The notes: a model not told the origin generated them from the sequence alone. DNA of 64,000 nucleotides from Candidatus Doudnabacteria bacterium (GCA_041497195.1 JBGQGB010000001.1:143672-207671); one strand, 5' to 3'; shown: positions 37,644-48,190, counted from the first letter of the stretch. Numbers and translations: made by a program.

Positions 37644-40540
37644 CAGCTTTTTCCTTTCTGTGCGGGCAGTTTGCGCCTCAGCCCCAAAGTATAATATGCT
37701 TGCCCCAGAACCTCTTTCAATTTTTCTTCAGGAAATTTCTCCAGTAACATTCGTTTCAAATGGGGAACAACGTTGTTGCTGATAATTTCTCTGCGAACCA
37801 CTTCATTGCCCTTCTTGATTTTTTTATCGCCCTCATTTTCCAAGCTCTGGATGTATCCGTCAACATTTCCGGAAATAAGCATATAGAAACGATCCCCGAC
37901 TCCGCGGCGCAGCATGTCTTCATCTAACTCATACGCCCGCAAGAGCCACTCTTTGAAACTAGCCAGATAGTCTTTGGCGATTTGCTCCAAAATCTTCCTC
38001 TCTCCGGAAAATTCCTGATTGATCTCCATTGTAAATTTGCCTTCGGCTTCGAGCTCCAGGACTTCCTCAATTTTTCCCTTCGGCCGGAAACCGCGCTCAT
38101 CGGTAATAGCAGTGAGGATGTCGCGAAGCTTGATGCCGTCCTTGCGGGCTGGGTCATCATTGATAAAAATCGCCCCGCGCACAAACACGCCTTGGTGGAA
38201 TTTTTTCTCCAGAGCGCGCAATTCCGGAATTTTACTCAGATCCACGTCCCGTTTGAGTGTATTGATCATAAAAAAACCTTCAGCCGTATAAATAAGATAC
38301 CCGGACAACCGGCCTTCGCCATAGGCTTGCACCGCCTCGTGATTGACAGACTGTTTTTCCCGGCCAATCAAATCGACAAAATAAGTTCCCAAGTTCTTCG
38401 TGTAGATTGCCTTACCCTCGGCCACCAATTCTGCCAGAGGTCTGGTCAAGATTTCTTTCGCTTTACCAACTCTATATTTGATTTTTTCCTGTGGGGAATA
38501 GGTTTGACCTTGCTCCGGTTTGTCCAAACCATACGCAGTCACCTCCTGAGGAGTCAAATTACGATAGAGCGCGCGCTCGTAGGCTTCGTATGATTTGCCT
38601 CCCTGGCCATTGATTCGAAAGTACTCATATAGTTGTTCAGCGCTCATTTGTCGGCCCAACCCTCGCACAGTCTGGTAGCTGTTTTCAAAATCCGCCACCC
38701 GGCCCGCTTTGGTGATTGGAAAAGATGAATTGTCCTCATCAACCGTATATTGAATCATGTGTTCGATCCCTCGTTTTTTCTCTGCTCCGAGTTCAGTGAA
38801 AAACTCGGCATGCTTCAAAAGCTCGTAAACAATTTTGGCACTGGAAGTTTCAAATTCCCTCGCCCGCGCGTGATTGTCAATGATGACCGAGAGTTTTCCT
38901 TCCAAGGTTTTTTTTGCCACAATTCCCGATTCGCCGCCGATGTCAATGGAAAACGTCCGCTCTCTTTGATCTCGATGACGGACCCCTGCCGCGGTCCGGG
39001 CGCCTCGAATTCCAGCCTTGCCCAACAGCCACATCGAAACTTTGGCATCACTGTCAGTCCGGCCACTGGCCTTTCGCTCAAACACAAAATCCCGCCAGGT
39101 TTCGCGTACCACCTCTTTGAATCTTGTCTCTGATTCTTCGAGCGAACCAGCATTAAGCTTCCGTAGGTCATCAACCAATTCTATGGTAATCTCACCGGCA
39201 ATTCGCCCGAGCGGATCATATCCAGCCGCGATATCAGCCTCAAATTGCGACAAAGCTTTTCGCAAATTATCTCTGTTAATCGCTTCCGGGACGTACGCCG
39301 GGGGATTTTGCTCGTTCAATAGCGCTCTCGCGTCAGACAAGGTCATGCCCAACAACGACTTCCGCTCCAAAAATTTATAAGCCGGAGAACGTCTGAGTGC
39401 CTCGGCCGCTTGCTCTGTTTTTGCCGGCTGCTTTGGATTTCTGTCTGGCTTTTGAGCAGATGCTTGTACGGGCTCCTTTTCCTTAGTTTTGCGCCTTAGG
39501 ATTTTCGGAATTACTGATAATGCTTCCTTGCCTTCATTCGGACCATTTCCTTGGCCAGCCACAACTTTAAATTCAGGTTTGTTTTTCGGTTCACGCTGCT
39601 GTCCTAAAGCTAGTTTTTCTTGCGGGGCTGAAACTGGAGGAGGGATTTTGCTCTCAGGTTCTTCCGGACGAGCGACAACGACTGGGGCTTTCGCACTGAC
39701 TGGAACTGAGGAAACCCCAACAGGATTCTGTTCCGAGCTCTTCTGAGCCTTGTCACCCAAAGCTTTCCGTAAAGCCGTTTCCATTGTCGTAGGGGCCCTT
39801 GTTACTGCGCTTCCACCGTTTGGTTTAGCTAAGGGCGGGTCCTTTGACTGAGTAGAAACGATTGAAGTTGCCTCACTTACATCAGGCGCCAAACCTGCAG
39901 CAATTAGTTCCTCTGAGTTTGATTGTCCATTCCCTTTTCTAGGCTTTGGGGTGATAGCAGCAATTCTCTCAGTCTCAGCCTGGACGAGGGCATTAGCCTG
40001 CTGCTCTTGGGGTTTTTCGTCAGTTTTTTCTTTTTCAGGCCCTGCAAAAGTTGCGCCGGCAGATTCAGGATGCACAGGCTCTTGAGGTTTTTTTACTTGT
40101 TCCGTCTCTGCCTTCGGCTGAAGGGCTTCTTTTGGAAAAGAAGGCGCGATATCCTCAAGCTTCGGCAAGTTCAAATCCGGAGCCAGACCCAGGTTTTTAT
40201 ATACTTCTTCCAGGCGAGCGGTAAAGTCTTTTGAAAACTCCTCAATTTGATTCCATACATCCATTCCTTCATTGTCAACGGTCAGTTCTGTATTTTTTGC
40301 CTTATCGTCCTGAACAATAGCCTGCTCGACAGTCCCAAAGAGGTGCTGGGCTTCTTGGAAAACCTGTGCGGCCTTCTGCTTCGCTATATCCAGGCTTTCT
40401 TTAGTTTTTGCCAGCCGGACAATATGAATGAGGCCGTAGAGTCTTTTTTCAAGATTGTTTTTAAAAACTTCACGTGCCTTCGGGACGCCCTCAACTAGCT
40501 TTTCGAAATTTTGTTTCGGTTCTTCTCGAACTTTTGGCAT
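37643..40540 (-). CDS. Large hypothetical protein: low-complexity N-half plus putative DHH-like domain
   Basis: 965-aa ORF; TDSD, IDIG, IIDNH, SSAKIVYELL. Confidence 0.7.
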   Translation of the reverse strand: MPKVREEPKQNFEKLVEGVPKAREVFKNNLEKRLYGLIHIVRLAKTKESLDIAKQKAAQVFQEAQHLFGTVEQAIVQDDKAKNTELTVDNEGMDVWNQIEEFSKDFTARLEEVYKNLGLAPDLNLPKLEDIAPSFPKEALQPKAETEQVKKPQEPVHPESAGATFAGPEKEKTDEKPQEQQANALVQAETERIAAITPKPRKGNGQSNSEELIAAGLAPDVSEATSIVSTQSKDPPLAKPNGGSAVTRAPTTMETALRKALGDKAQKSSEQNPVGVSSVPVSAKAPVVVARPEEPESKIPPPVSAPQEKLALGQQREPKNKPEFKVVAGQGNGPNEGKEALSVIPKILRRKTKEKEPVQASAQKPDRNPKQPAKTEQAAEALRRSPAYKFLERKSLLGMTLSDARALLNEQNPPAYVPEAINRDNLRKALSQFEADIAAGYDPLGRIAGEITIELVDDLRKLNAGSLEESETRFKEVVRETWRDFVFERKASGRTDSDAKVSMWLLGKAGIRGARTAAGVRHRDQRERTFSIDIGGESGIVAKKTLEGKLSVIIDNHARAREFETSSAKIVYELLKHAEFFTELGAEKKRGIEHMIQYTVDEDNSSFPITKAGRVADFENSYQTVRGLGRQMSAEQLYEYFRINGQGGKSYEAYERALYRNLTPQEVTAYGLDKPEQGQTYSPQEKIKYRVGKAKEILTRPLAELVAEGKAIYTKNLGTYFVDLIGREKQSVNHEAVQAYGEGRLSGYLIYTAEGFFMINTLKRDVDLSKIPELRALEKKFHQGVFVRGAIFINDDPARKDGIKLRDILTAITDERGFRPKGKIEEVLELEAEGKFTMEINQEFSGERKILEQIAKDYLASFKEWLLRAYELDEDMLRRGVGDRFYMLISGNVDGYIQSLENEGDKKIKKGNEVVRREIISNNVVPHLKRMLLEKFPEEKLKEVLGQAYYTLGLRRKLPAQKGKS

Positions 40541-40644
40541 AATTTATTCTAAATTCACATTAATTATATCATTTTTTAGCCGATTTGTAAAGCAAAAATC
40601 CGAGCGTTTGCCCCGATTTTATAGGCCTGCCAGTGTAAAAAGGT

Positions 40645-41901
40645 TCACTCGTAGCGCATGGCCTCAACAGGATCGAGTTTCGAAGCGCTGCGGGCTGGTA
40701 ATACGCCAAATAAAATACCAATGGTCGCTGACACACCAAATCCCAATCCAACAGCATACAGTGGTACGCTAAAAGCCCAAACAAGACCTAATACGCCCGC
40801 TATGATTGATACCAACCAGCCTAAAAACCCCCCCACCAAAATGCCAAGAATTCCACCCAAGACAGTCACTAAAATTGACTCAATAAGAAATTCGCCCAAG
40901 ATGTCAGAATTTTTCGCACCCAAGGCTTTTTTCAGTCCGATCTCTGCAGTCCGCTCTGTCACGGCTACGTACATAATATTCATAATCCCAACTCCCCCAA
41001 CAATGAGTGATATGGCAGCAATAGCGACCAACAAATAAGTGATTCCGTTGAAAATCACATTTATCGTACCGAGTACGTCTGCTTGCGTCGCCACAGTAAA
41101 ATCATCTCTGGCCAGATCATGGATACCGTGATTTTCTCGCAAAACGACACGGATGTCTTCGGCGGTAGCGTCCGCCTGATTGATATCTTGCAGTGCCACT
41201 ACAGCACGAGCCATATAGTCGATACCAAGCATTTTTTTCTGAACTGTCTGCAGAGGAATGAAGATGGCATCGTCACTGCCAGGTCCCAGCCCACCGCGCT
41301 CATTGTAAACTCCGATGATCTGAAAGTTCAAGTTGCCGATTCGAATGTACTTGCCCACTGCAGAGTCAGTGCCAAAAAAATTATTGGCAGTGGCCGAACC
41401 CAGTATCGCGACCTGAGCTTCCCCATTGTCCTCGCCCTCGGTATAAAAACGTCCTTCGCGCAAAGTTCCGTGATCTATGTCAAAGCGCTCCGCTCCCGCG
41501 CCAATGTACATCTCGCTCTTTTTCGTATCGAGATAACTAACCGTCCCTTGCCCAACAGCGATACCATAAGCGCCAGAAACGTTGGGCAATCGCTTGATAT
41601 CATCGAGGTCTCGCTTTTTAAAAGACGTGACAGCTACGGTAGTGTTAAGGTTGTCGAGACCGGGTCCTGCCGCAGCTGACGCCGCCCGGTTTTTGGTGGT
41701 AGGAGGTACCTTCGTTGCGATGACTAGTGTATTGGTACCGAGTGAGGCGATTTGCGAATTGACTAATCCGCGAAACCCCGCGCCGGCAGCAAGGACCAAA
41801 ATAACGGTAGAAATACCGATTACAATTCCAAGCGTTGTCAGCATAGTCCGCCCGGGATTGGCTCTTAGTGACTTTATAGATTGGCGAAACGCAGTAAACA
41901 T
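40645..41901 (-). CDS. MacB/FtsX-type ABC permease
   Basis: LTTLGIVIG, GIMNIM..VTERTAEIGLKKALGA, LDPVEAMRYE. Confidence 0.95.
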   Translation of the reverse strand: MFTAFRQSIKSLRANPGRTMLTTLGIVIGISTVILVLAAGAGFRGLVNSQIASLGTNTLVIATKVPPTTKNRAASAAAGPGLDNLNTTVAVTSFKKRDLDDIKRLPNVSGAYGIAVGQGTVSYLDTKKSEMYIGAGAERFDIDHGTLREGRFYTEGEDNGEAQVAILGSATANNFFGTDSAVGKYIRIGNLNFQIIGVYNERGGLGPGSDDAIFIPLQTVQKKMLGIDYMARAVVALQDINQADATAEDIRVVLRENHGIHDLARDDFTVATQADVLGTINVIFNGITYLLVAIAAISLIVGGVGIMNIMYVAVTERTAEIGLKKALGAKNSDILGEFLIESILVTVLGGILGILVGGFLGWLVSIIAGVLGLVWAFSVPLYAVGLGFGVSATIGILFGVLPARSASKLDPVEAMRYE

Positions 41902-41911
41902 AGTGTAAAAA

Positions 41912-43183
41912 TTATTCGTAGCGGAGGGCGTCGATGGGACTCAACTTTGCCGCTTTCAAGGCCGGGTACAGGCCAAATATGACACCGGTCAAAATCGAAA
42001 CGCCAACTGAGAGCACTATTGATAGTGGTGAAATAACAAAAGCCCAATCATAGCCGAGTTTGCGCATCAATAAGGCAGCCAAAAATGATACGACCACACC
42101 GCCGACTATACCGAGCAATCCCCCAAGCAAAGTCAGGGTACCGGCCTCAAACAAAAATTGATTGCGAATCGCGGCATTACTCGCTCCGACAGCTTTACGT
42201 AATCCGATCTCACGGGTCCGCTCCGCAACCGTGACCAGCATAATATTCAAAATTCCAACGCCAGCCACAATGAGGGCGATGCCCGCCATGGACACCAAAA
42301 ACAATTTTAGCGCGTTGGTGACCGTGCTCAAAATATTAACGGCATCTGCTTGATTGCGAACCACAAAATCGAGGTCAACCTTTTCTGCGATGTGGTGGCG
42401 CTCTTTCAGCACTTGCGTGATATCTGCCGCGGTTGACGAAACATTATCGGCTGCATCCACTTTGATGCCAATACCTTGCAAATACCGAATGCCCAAAAGT
42501 TCTTTTTGTCCTATGTCGAGGGGCATAAATACCATATCGTCCTGGTCCTGAAAAAAGGAACTGCCTCTTGACGCAATCACCCCTTCCACCCGTAAGGGTA
42601 TCCCACCCGATTTTGCTTGCGAGGCTGTCTTCACTTTCACCACCTGGCCTACTGGGTCCACACCAGTACCGCTAAATAATTCGTCAGCGACTGTACTGCC
42701 GAGTACGATGACGCCAGCCCCACCCTGGTCCTCTTGTTCTGAAAAAAATTGCCCGTCCTGCATCGTAAAATTGATGCCCTTAGGATAATTGAAGTCTGTG
42801 CCGGTGAAATTGGTGTCAATACTTTGGGTTCCCCATGATACGGTCACAATACCCTCTACAGAGGGATTGACTGCCAGGGCGTGAGGAACGCGTCCAGTAT
42901 CGCGCAAAGCAGCAGCATCTTCATTGGTGAGCGTGGTTATGACCACCCCAAACACGGTGGATGGCGGCCCATTCTCATTCCCAACCCATGGCTGTATGTA
43001 GAGCAAATTCGAACCAAATTTTGTGACTTGAGCTAAAATCAAACTCTGAGCGCCTGCCCCAAGGGCGATGATGATGATCACACCAGAAACCCCGATAACT
43101 ATGCCCAGAATCGTCAAAAACGATCGCCCTTTCCGAGCGCGTAAAGTGCCAAATACCAATTTGAAACTGCCGAAAAAATTCAC
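41912..43183 (-). CDS. MacB/FtsX-type ABC permease, second paralog
   Basis: LTILGIVIG, ERTREIGLRKAVGA, SPIDALRYE. Confidence 0.95.
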   Translation of the reverse strand: MNFFGSFKLVFGTLRARKGRSFLTILGIVIGVSGVIIIIALGAGAQSLILAQVTKFGSNLLYIQPWVGNENGPPSTVFGVVITTLTNEDAAALRDTGRVPHALAVNPSVEGIVTVSWGTQSIDTNFTGTDFNYPKGINFTMQDGQFFSEQEDQGGAGVIVLGSTVADELFSGTGVDPVGQVVKVKTASQAKSGGIPLRVEGVIASRGSSFFQDQDDMVFMPLDIGQKELLGIRYLQGIGIKVDAADNVSSTAADITQVLKERHHIAEKVDLDFVVRNQADAVNILSTVTNALKLFLVSMAGIALIVAGVGILNIMLVTVAERTREIGLRKAVGASNAAIRNQFLFEAGTLTLLGGLLGIVGGVVVSFLAALLMRKLGYDWAFVISPLSIVLSVGVSILTGVIFGLYPALKAAKLSPIDALRYE

Positions 43184-43202
43184 AAAATTGCCAAAACCAA
43201 TT

Positions 43203-43919
43203 TTACTTCAAAAGGTCCTTGTCAACAGCCGCGATGGTTCGATGCGTGACCCGGGCGTCCTCCACAATTTTTCCATCCTTGATTTTGATAATCCTCTTTG
43301 CGTGATTTGCTGTGTCAGTTTCATGCGTCACCAGAATGATCGTATGACCCTGCTCATTCAGGTTCTGCAAAATATACATAATGCTATTGCCAGATTTTGA
43401 GTCGAGGTTACCTGTCGGCTCATCGGCAAAAATGACCGCCGGATCACACACCAACGCTCGAGCAATCGCTACCCGCTGTTTTTCTCCTCCAGAAATTTGA
43501 TTCGTGTAATAGTCCAACCTGTGCGACAGCCCAACTGACTCCAAGGCCTTTTTCGCAAGCGAATCGTGATTCTTTTTACTGCTATAAATGAGGGGCAGTT
43601 TGACGTTGTCTAGGACCGTGGTCCGCGGAAGCAAATTAAAAGACTGAAAAACAAAGCCAACTCTGTCATTCCTGAGTGTCGCCAAATATTCGTCAGAAAA
43701 AACACTCGTGTCTTTGCCCTCAAATTCATAAAGACCGCTCGTGGGACGGTCCAGAAAACTGAGAATATGCATCAGCGTGGATTTGCCGCTTCCCGACGGG
43801 CCCATAATTGCCACGAACTCCCCGGCCTCGACCGACAAAGTGATACCTTGCAAAACTTTGGTGACCACGTCCTCGTTAATGTAGTCCTTTATTAGATTTT
43901 CGGCCCGGATTATGCTCAT
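43203..43919 (-). CDS. ABC transporter ATP-binding protein (MacB/LolD type)
   Basis: [26 protein letters not shown]. Confidence 0.97.
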   Translation of the reverse strand: MSIIRAENLIKDYINEDVVTKVLQGITLSVEAGEFVAIMGPSGSGKSTLMHILSFLDRPTSGLYEFEGKDTSVFSDEYLATLRNDRVGFVFQSFNLLPRTTVLDNVKLPLIYSSKKNHDSLAKKALESVGLSHRLDYYTNQISGGEKQRVAIARALVCDPAVIFADEPTGNLDSKSGNSIMYILQNLNEQGHTIILVTHETDTANHAKRIIKIKDGKIVEDARVTHRTIAAVDKDLLK

Positions 43920-43926
43920 GATTTTC

Positions 43927-45492
43927 TTAGCTCTTCAAAAAAGTCACGATTTCCTGGCCCTCTCGAAGCCCAGAAGTAACCTCTACCAATCCCCCATCGG
44001 CATTGAGCCCCGTCTGAATTTGAACTTGGTGGTAGATTTTTTTCTGGGGATCATCAATCACACGCACAAAATGTTCGCTATCCCGATTGACCACCGCACG
44101 CTGGGGAACGGCCAAAACGCCCCGTTTTTCTGCAGCCAAAATTGTCATATTTGCGGTCATGCCGGGTTTGATCTGTGAGGCATCCTCAAGACTGGCTTTG
44201 ATTTTGTAATTCACAACACCAGAGATCACTGTCGATGCGGGATCCACAGTCTGGACTGCGGCTTTGAAATGTTCATCCGGGCCTAAGGCATCAAAAGTGA
44301 CATCCACACTTTGTCCTGATTTGATGATGGCGATATTTGCTTCACTCACATTTGCCTCAAGATACAAATTGTCGACATCCTGCAAAATTACCGCCTCTTT
44401 GAGCGCGGTTGCCAACTCTCCAACCTTGATATCTACACTTGTAATAGTGCCAGATGCTGGGGCTCGAATAACAGTATTCTCAAAATTCGATTGTGCAGTT
44501 TGAACCTGGCCTTGGGCAGAAAGTACCTGGGCTTGCGCGACGGCTACATCCGCCGGTCGGGCCTGAGCTTTTTTGAGATTGAGCTGCGCGACCGCTTGAT
44601 CGAGACTCGCTTGCGCTGTGGCGATTTGTGCCTGCGCTGTGGTAATCGCGACGTTTTGAGTTTGTAACGCGGCTAAATAAGCATTGTTGTTGGTCGTGTA
44701 AGCTGAGGAGTTCGTATTCGGAATAGAAACTGCCCAGGTGTCGTTGTTGACTTGAATATAACTAGTAGGAAATTGAATCGACAAACCCCGGCTGCCCAAA
44801 CTCACGGGAGATATCGCGCTAATATAGAACGGGCCGCCCACCTCCAGACCGTCGAAACTGAATTGATTTCCGGTTTGTCGAATCGAATACGCCCCCTGCT
44901 GCGTACCAACATAGGCTCCGGAAATGGTCGGATTGCTCGTATTCAGGTTGCTGGTCGCGGGAATCGCGGCCAAGCCCGAATTCAACAGAGTCCGGAGCGC
45001 ATTGTTGACCAAGACCTGCTGCTGCGCTACCGTGTCATTCAAATTTTTCTTGGCATTATCCAAAGCGACTTGTGCCGCGTCCACTGCGGATTGGGCCACG
45101 GAAACTTCCTCGGTACTCGCCCCAGACAGAACTTTCTGATAGTTAGCCTGGGCTTGGGCCAGGGACCCTTGTGCAGTAGTCAGACCAGCGACGGCATCTT
45201 TTTGATCAAGAGTAGCCAGGACATCTCCTACGTTGACTTTGTCACCAACCGCGACATTGACTCTGGTGACGATGCCGCTGGTTCTAAAACTCAAATCCAA
45301 ATCTGTGCCACTCGTGACTTGACCGGTGGCCAGAACTGTCTGTTTCAAATCCTGTCTTTTCACGATATCTGTCAAAGTGCCACTTGTGGAATTGCCGGGT
45401 TTGATGATCCGGTAGACGATACCTCCGACGACGACCACGATGACGATCGTCCAAATGATGACTTTTTTGCGGAAAAAAGATTTGATTGTCAT
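43927..45492 (-). CDS. Efflux membrane-fusion/adaptor subunit (MacA-like)
   Basis: N-terminal TM, lipoyl halves (VGDKV..GD.LA.LD and IRAPASGTI), long alpha-hairpin, IKPGMTA. Confidence 0.92.
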   Translation of the reverse strand: MTIKSFFRKKVIIWTIVIVVVVGGIVYRIIKPGNSTSGTLTDIVKRQDLKQTVLATGQVTSGTDLDLSFRTSGIVTRVNVAVGDKVNVGDVLATLDQKDAVAGLTTAQGSLAQAQANYQKVLSGASTEEVSVAQSAVDAAQVALDNAKKNLNDTVAQQQVLVNNALRTLLNSGLAAIPATSNLNTSNPTISGAYVGTQQGAYSIRQTGNQFSFDGLEVGGPFYISAISPVSLGSRGLSIQFPTSYIQVNNDTWAVSIPNTNSSAYTTNNNAYLAALQTQNVAITTAQAQIATAQASLDQAVAQLNLKKAQARPADVAVAQAQVLSAQGQVQTAQSNFENTVIRAPASGTITSVDIKVGELATALKEAVILQDVDNLYLEANVSEANIAIIKSGQSVDVTFDALGPDEHFKAAVQTVDPASTVISGVVNYKIKASLEDASQIKPGMTANMTILAAEKRGVLAVPQRAVVNRDSEHFVRVIDDPQKKIYHQVQIQTGLNADGGLVEVTSGLREGQEIVTFLKS

Positions 45493-45496
45493 GGAA

Positions 45497-45799
45497 TTAC
45501 TTCTTAGTGACTGAGCTTAAAATCTCTGACGCGTATTTCTTGAATTTTCTTTTGAGCGCAGCATTACCGAAATTTTCCACATTTTTCATGATCAATTCGA
45601 CGAGATCGCTGAGGGCCTCAGCCTTGATCAGTCCCAGAGCACGGCCCATTTTCCCCACCACGACCAAGGAATCGCCAGGGATAATTTTGAGATCTTTGCG
45701 TGCTTGAACCGGAATCACCACCTGGCCTTTGGCGCCAACCACAGTAGTGCCGTACATTTTGTCCTGTTTAAATAGTTTCTCATGAAATAACTGTTTCAT
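45497..45799 (-). CDS. AbrB/MazE/SpoVT family transcription regulator
   Basis: YGTTVVGAKGQVVIPVQARKDLKIIPGD. Confidence 0.9.
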   Translation of the reverse strand: MKQLFHEKLFKQDKMYGTTVVGAKGQVVIPVQARKDLKIIPGDSLVVVGKMGRALGLIKAEALSDLVELIMKNVENFGNAALKRKFKKYASEILSSVTKK

Positions 45800-45898
45800 A
45801 TATTAAAATCCTTTAAGTATAACAATTCCTACTAATCATACTGCTGTTTTGAAACACTGTCAATGGGAAATAAAAACGGGCCGTTGACCCGTTCTCCT

Positions 45899-46378
45899 CT
45901 AAAAATCAGGTGGTTGGTTTTGTTCCGCTTCCTCTCGCTTGTGTTTTTGCTTGGCGTAGAGAACCCACAACATGATCATGGTCACCACAACAACCGCGCT
46001 GAAATTGATGGTATTGAACACCTGCAAGGGGTCTGCTGAGAGATAGCGGATCGCCCCTGACCACAGGGCGAATTCATCAATGACCAAGCCCAAACCGATC
46101 CCATAGATGAAAGCGCCGAGACGGCGCGGAATGTTCTTCCCCAAGACGATTTGGAGAAAACCCATAATCAGAATAATAAAATTCCCGTACACAAAATGGT
46201 GGAGCCGGAAGCCGTCAATACTGATGAAAAGGCTGCGCGGGAGCTCGTCAGTTTTGATCACGAAAAAAGCGATCAAGCGGGCAATCAAGACGACTGTCAA
46301 AAAAGTGAACAAAGTAATCGCCAGGGGTTCCTGGAGACTGAAAAGTCTGATATTTTTTTTTGCGACTGTCTCAGACAC
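45899..46378 (-). CDS. Membrane protein with HH...DE motif
   Basis: RLHHFVYG, GIGLGLVIDEFALW, four TMs. Confidence 0.7.
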   Translation of the reverse strand: MSETVAKKNIRLFSLQEPLAITLFTFLTVVLIARLIAFFVIKTDELPRSLFISIDGFRLHHFVYGNFIILIMGFLQIVLGKNIPRRLGAFIYGIGLGLVIDEFALWSGAIRYLSADPLQVFNTINFSAVVVVTMIMLWVLYAKQKHKREEAEQNQPPDF

Positions 46379-46527
46379 AGCGATTATCTCTTGTGTTTGG
46401 AAAATACCTCTGGCAGAGCAACCTTAGCACAAATTACGCTTTTGAAAAAGCCCTGGGCCTGGCTTATTTACAAAACCGAAGGAGTAATGATAGACTGACC
46501 AGTCAGATCAAAGGAGGAAAATTCACT

Positions 46528-47547
46528 ATGCGCTTAGGGACTGAACTGAGAAATATCAGACAGGGGCAGGGATGGAGTCTGAGAGCTGCGGCAGACAAAA
46601 TCCGCAGGGTCGGCTGGACAGGAATCACCCCTCAATATCTCGGCCATATCGAGCGCGGCGACACGTTGCGTCCGGCTTTGGAAAAATTGGCCTGGCTCGC
46701 TCGGGCCTATGGCTTACGGCGTCAACTTCTGGAAAGTTGGCTACCACCAGAACCGCCGCTTGCGATAAAACCGAGGACAGAACTTGGCCAAGCACTGCTG
46801 GCCGAACTCGCTACAAGAAATCTTTCGGTTGCCAACTTCGCCAAGCTGCTGGACGAAACCACCAAGTATCTCCGAGAGTTGCTCCGCGGCGACTTCAAAA
46901 GCCTATCTGCCCACCGCGCGCCAAAATTTGTCAAAGTTCTGAAATGGCCTCCACAGAAAGTCTTCCGCTTTGCCCAGCGGATCCAAAACGAAGCGTGCGA
47001 CACAGCCATCGGCCAGTGGGCCTTGAAGCGAAGAATTGAGCTGGGCAAAACCCAAAAACAAATCGGGCTAGAGGCAGGGGGAGTGCACCAGCGCGTCATC
47101 AGCGCTCTGGAACGAGGCAGAATCAATCTCCGCAGGCTCGCTTGGGCCAAACATGCTCTATGGGCTGCAGCCTATGCGGTGACAACTCAGGAGTTTAGAC
47201 AGCGGATTCTAGGACTGTCACATGTAGCAGTAGCCGAACGGCAGCCACCCAAACCCACGCGCGCTCTTCCCCGGCAGTTACCACCGCTAGCAAAGCCGAA
47301 ACCTAACGTCGAGAAAAAGGTCAAGTTGCCAGAGACTCCTCTCAAAAAACCTCAGCCAACACTGGAAACCTCACCCAAACCTCTGCCGAGCCCGCAGCAA
47401 GCATCTCCGGCAGTTCTGCCCAAATACGTTATACCCAGAGCAGCAGTTCGGACCGGACTCCCGCTCTCGCGCGAAACTCTGCACGAATGGTTGGAAAAAA
47501 GAGTAGCGCTGGAAACAACTCTCCACAGACAAGCCCGCGGATCGTAA
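46528..47547 (+). CDS. Protein with three XRE-type HTH domains and a Pro-rich tail
   Basis: AGGAGG then MRLGTELRNIRQGQGWSLR; YLGHIERG; KTQKQIG...ISALERG. Confidence 0.8.
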   Translation: MRLGTELRNIRQGQGWSLRAAADKIRRVGWTGITPQYLGHIERGDTLRPALEKLAWLARAYGLRRQLLESWLPPEPPLAIKPRTELGQALLAELATRNLSVANFAKLLDETTKYLRELLRGDFKSLSAHRAPKFVKVLKWPPQKVFRFAQRIQNEACDTAIGQWALKRRIELGKTQKQIGLEAGGVHQRVISALERGRINLRRLAWAKHALWAAAYAVTTQEFRQRILGLSHVAVAERQPPKPTRALPRQLPPLAKPKPNVEKKVKLPETPLKKPQPTLETSPKPLPSPQQASPAVLPKYVIPRAAVRTGLPLSRETLHEWLEKRVALETTLHRQARGS

Positions 47548-47689
47548 GATCAGATCCGCGAGCAATTTTTTTCCATGAAGTTGAGATAAAATCCTTACGT
47601 CAAATTTTCATGTAAAAAATGGGGGTATGCTTTTAATCTCCCTCTCTTGACCGCAGTTTCAACTAGACGCGACTAGCTCGTCTTTTTAT

Positions 47690-48190
47690 TTAGCTCACGT
47701 TTTGTTTGTATTGTTTCATCAAGCCGTACTCATGCCAGGTCAGAGCCACGATGACTGCATCGAACACCGTCAGCAGAACCAAGCTGATGGCATGAGTAAA
47801 AGTGTAGCGGTAGACTTGATAGAAAATGAAAGCGGTAAGAACCGCAATGGAGGCCGGATAGGCCCAAAGTTTATTCCGCAATAATCCCCAGACCAAAAAA
47901 AATTTTATCAAACCGTGCGAAATCAAATATAGCTCGGGAAATAATCTAGCCCCGGCTATAAAATGCGCAAAAAAACTCACGACATGAGTGGCGAGTAAGT
48001 CTTGCGGGTCTTCGGACAGCTCGTGCTGCGTGAGCAACACGACCAGACTGTTTAGTCTGGCAGTACTAATAAAAAATAGGAGCACACCGCCGATCGTCTC
48101 CAAGGCTCCATCTAGACCTTTGATGATAACTCCGATTTCGAAAATTCTTCTGAGGTACCGCTCTGGCAATGAAAATTTGGCTGCGATCAT
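47690..48190 (-). CDS. DUF2127 family membrane protein
   Basis: KGLDGALETIGG, HELSEDP.D, YLISHG, WAYP. Confidence 0.85.
   Translation of the reverse strand: MIAAKFSLPERYLRRIFEIGVIIKGLDGALETIGGVLLFFISTARLNSLVVLLTQHELSEDPQDLLATHVVSFFAHFIAGARLFPELYLISHGLIKFFLVWGLLRNKLWAYPASIAVLTAFIFYQVYRYTFTHAISLVLLTVFDAVIVALTWHEYGLMKQYKQNVS

Noticed and set aside
45497-45799. AbrB/MazE protein as an antitoxin
   Set aside because: No toxin gene adjacent; it heads the ABC exporter operon, consistent with a regulator
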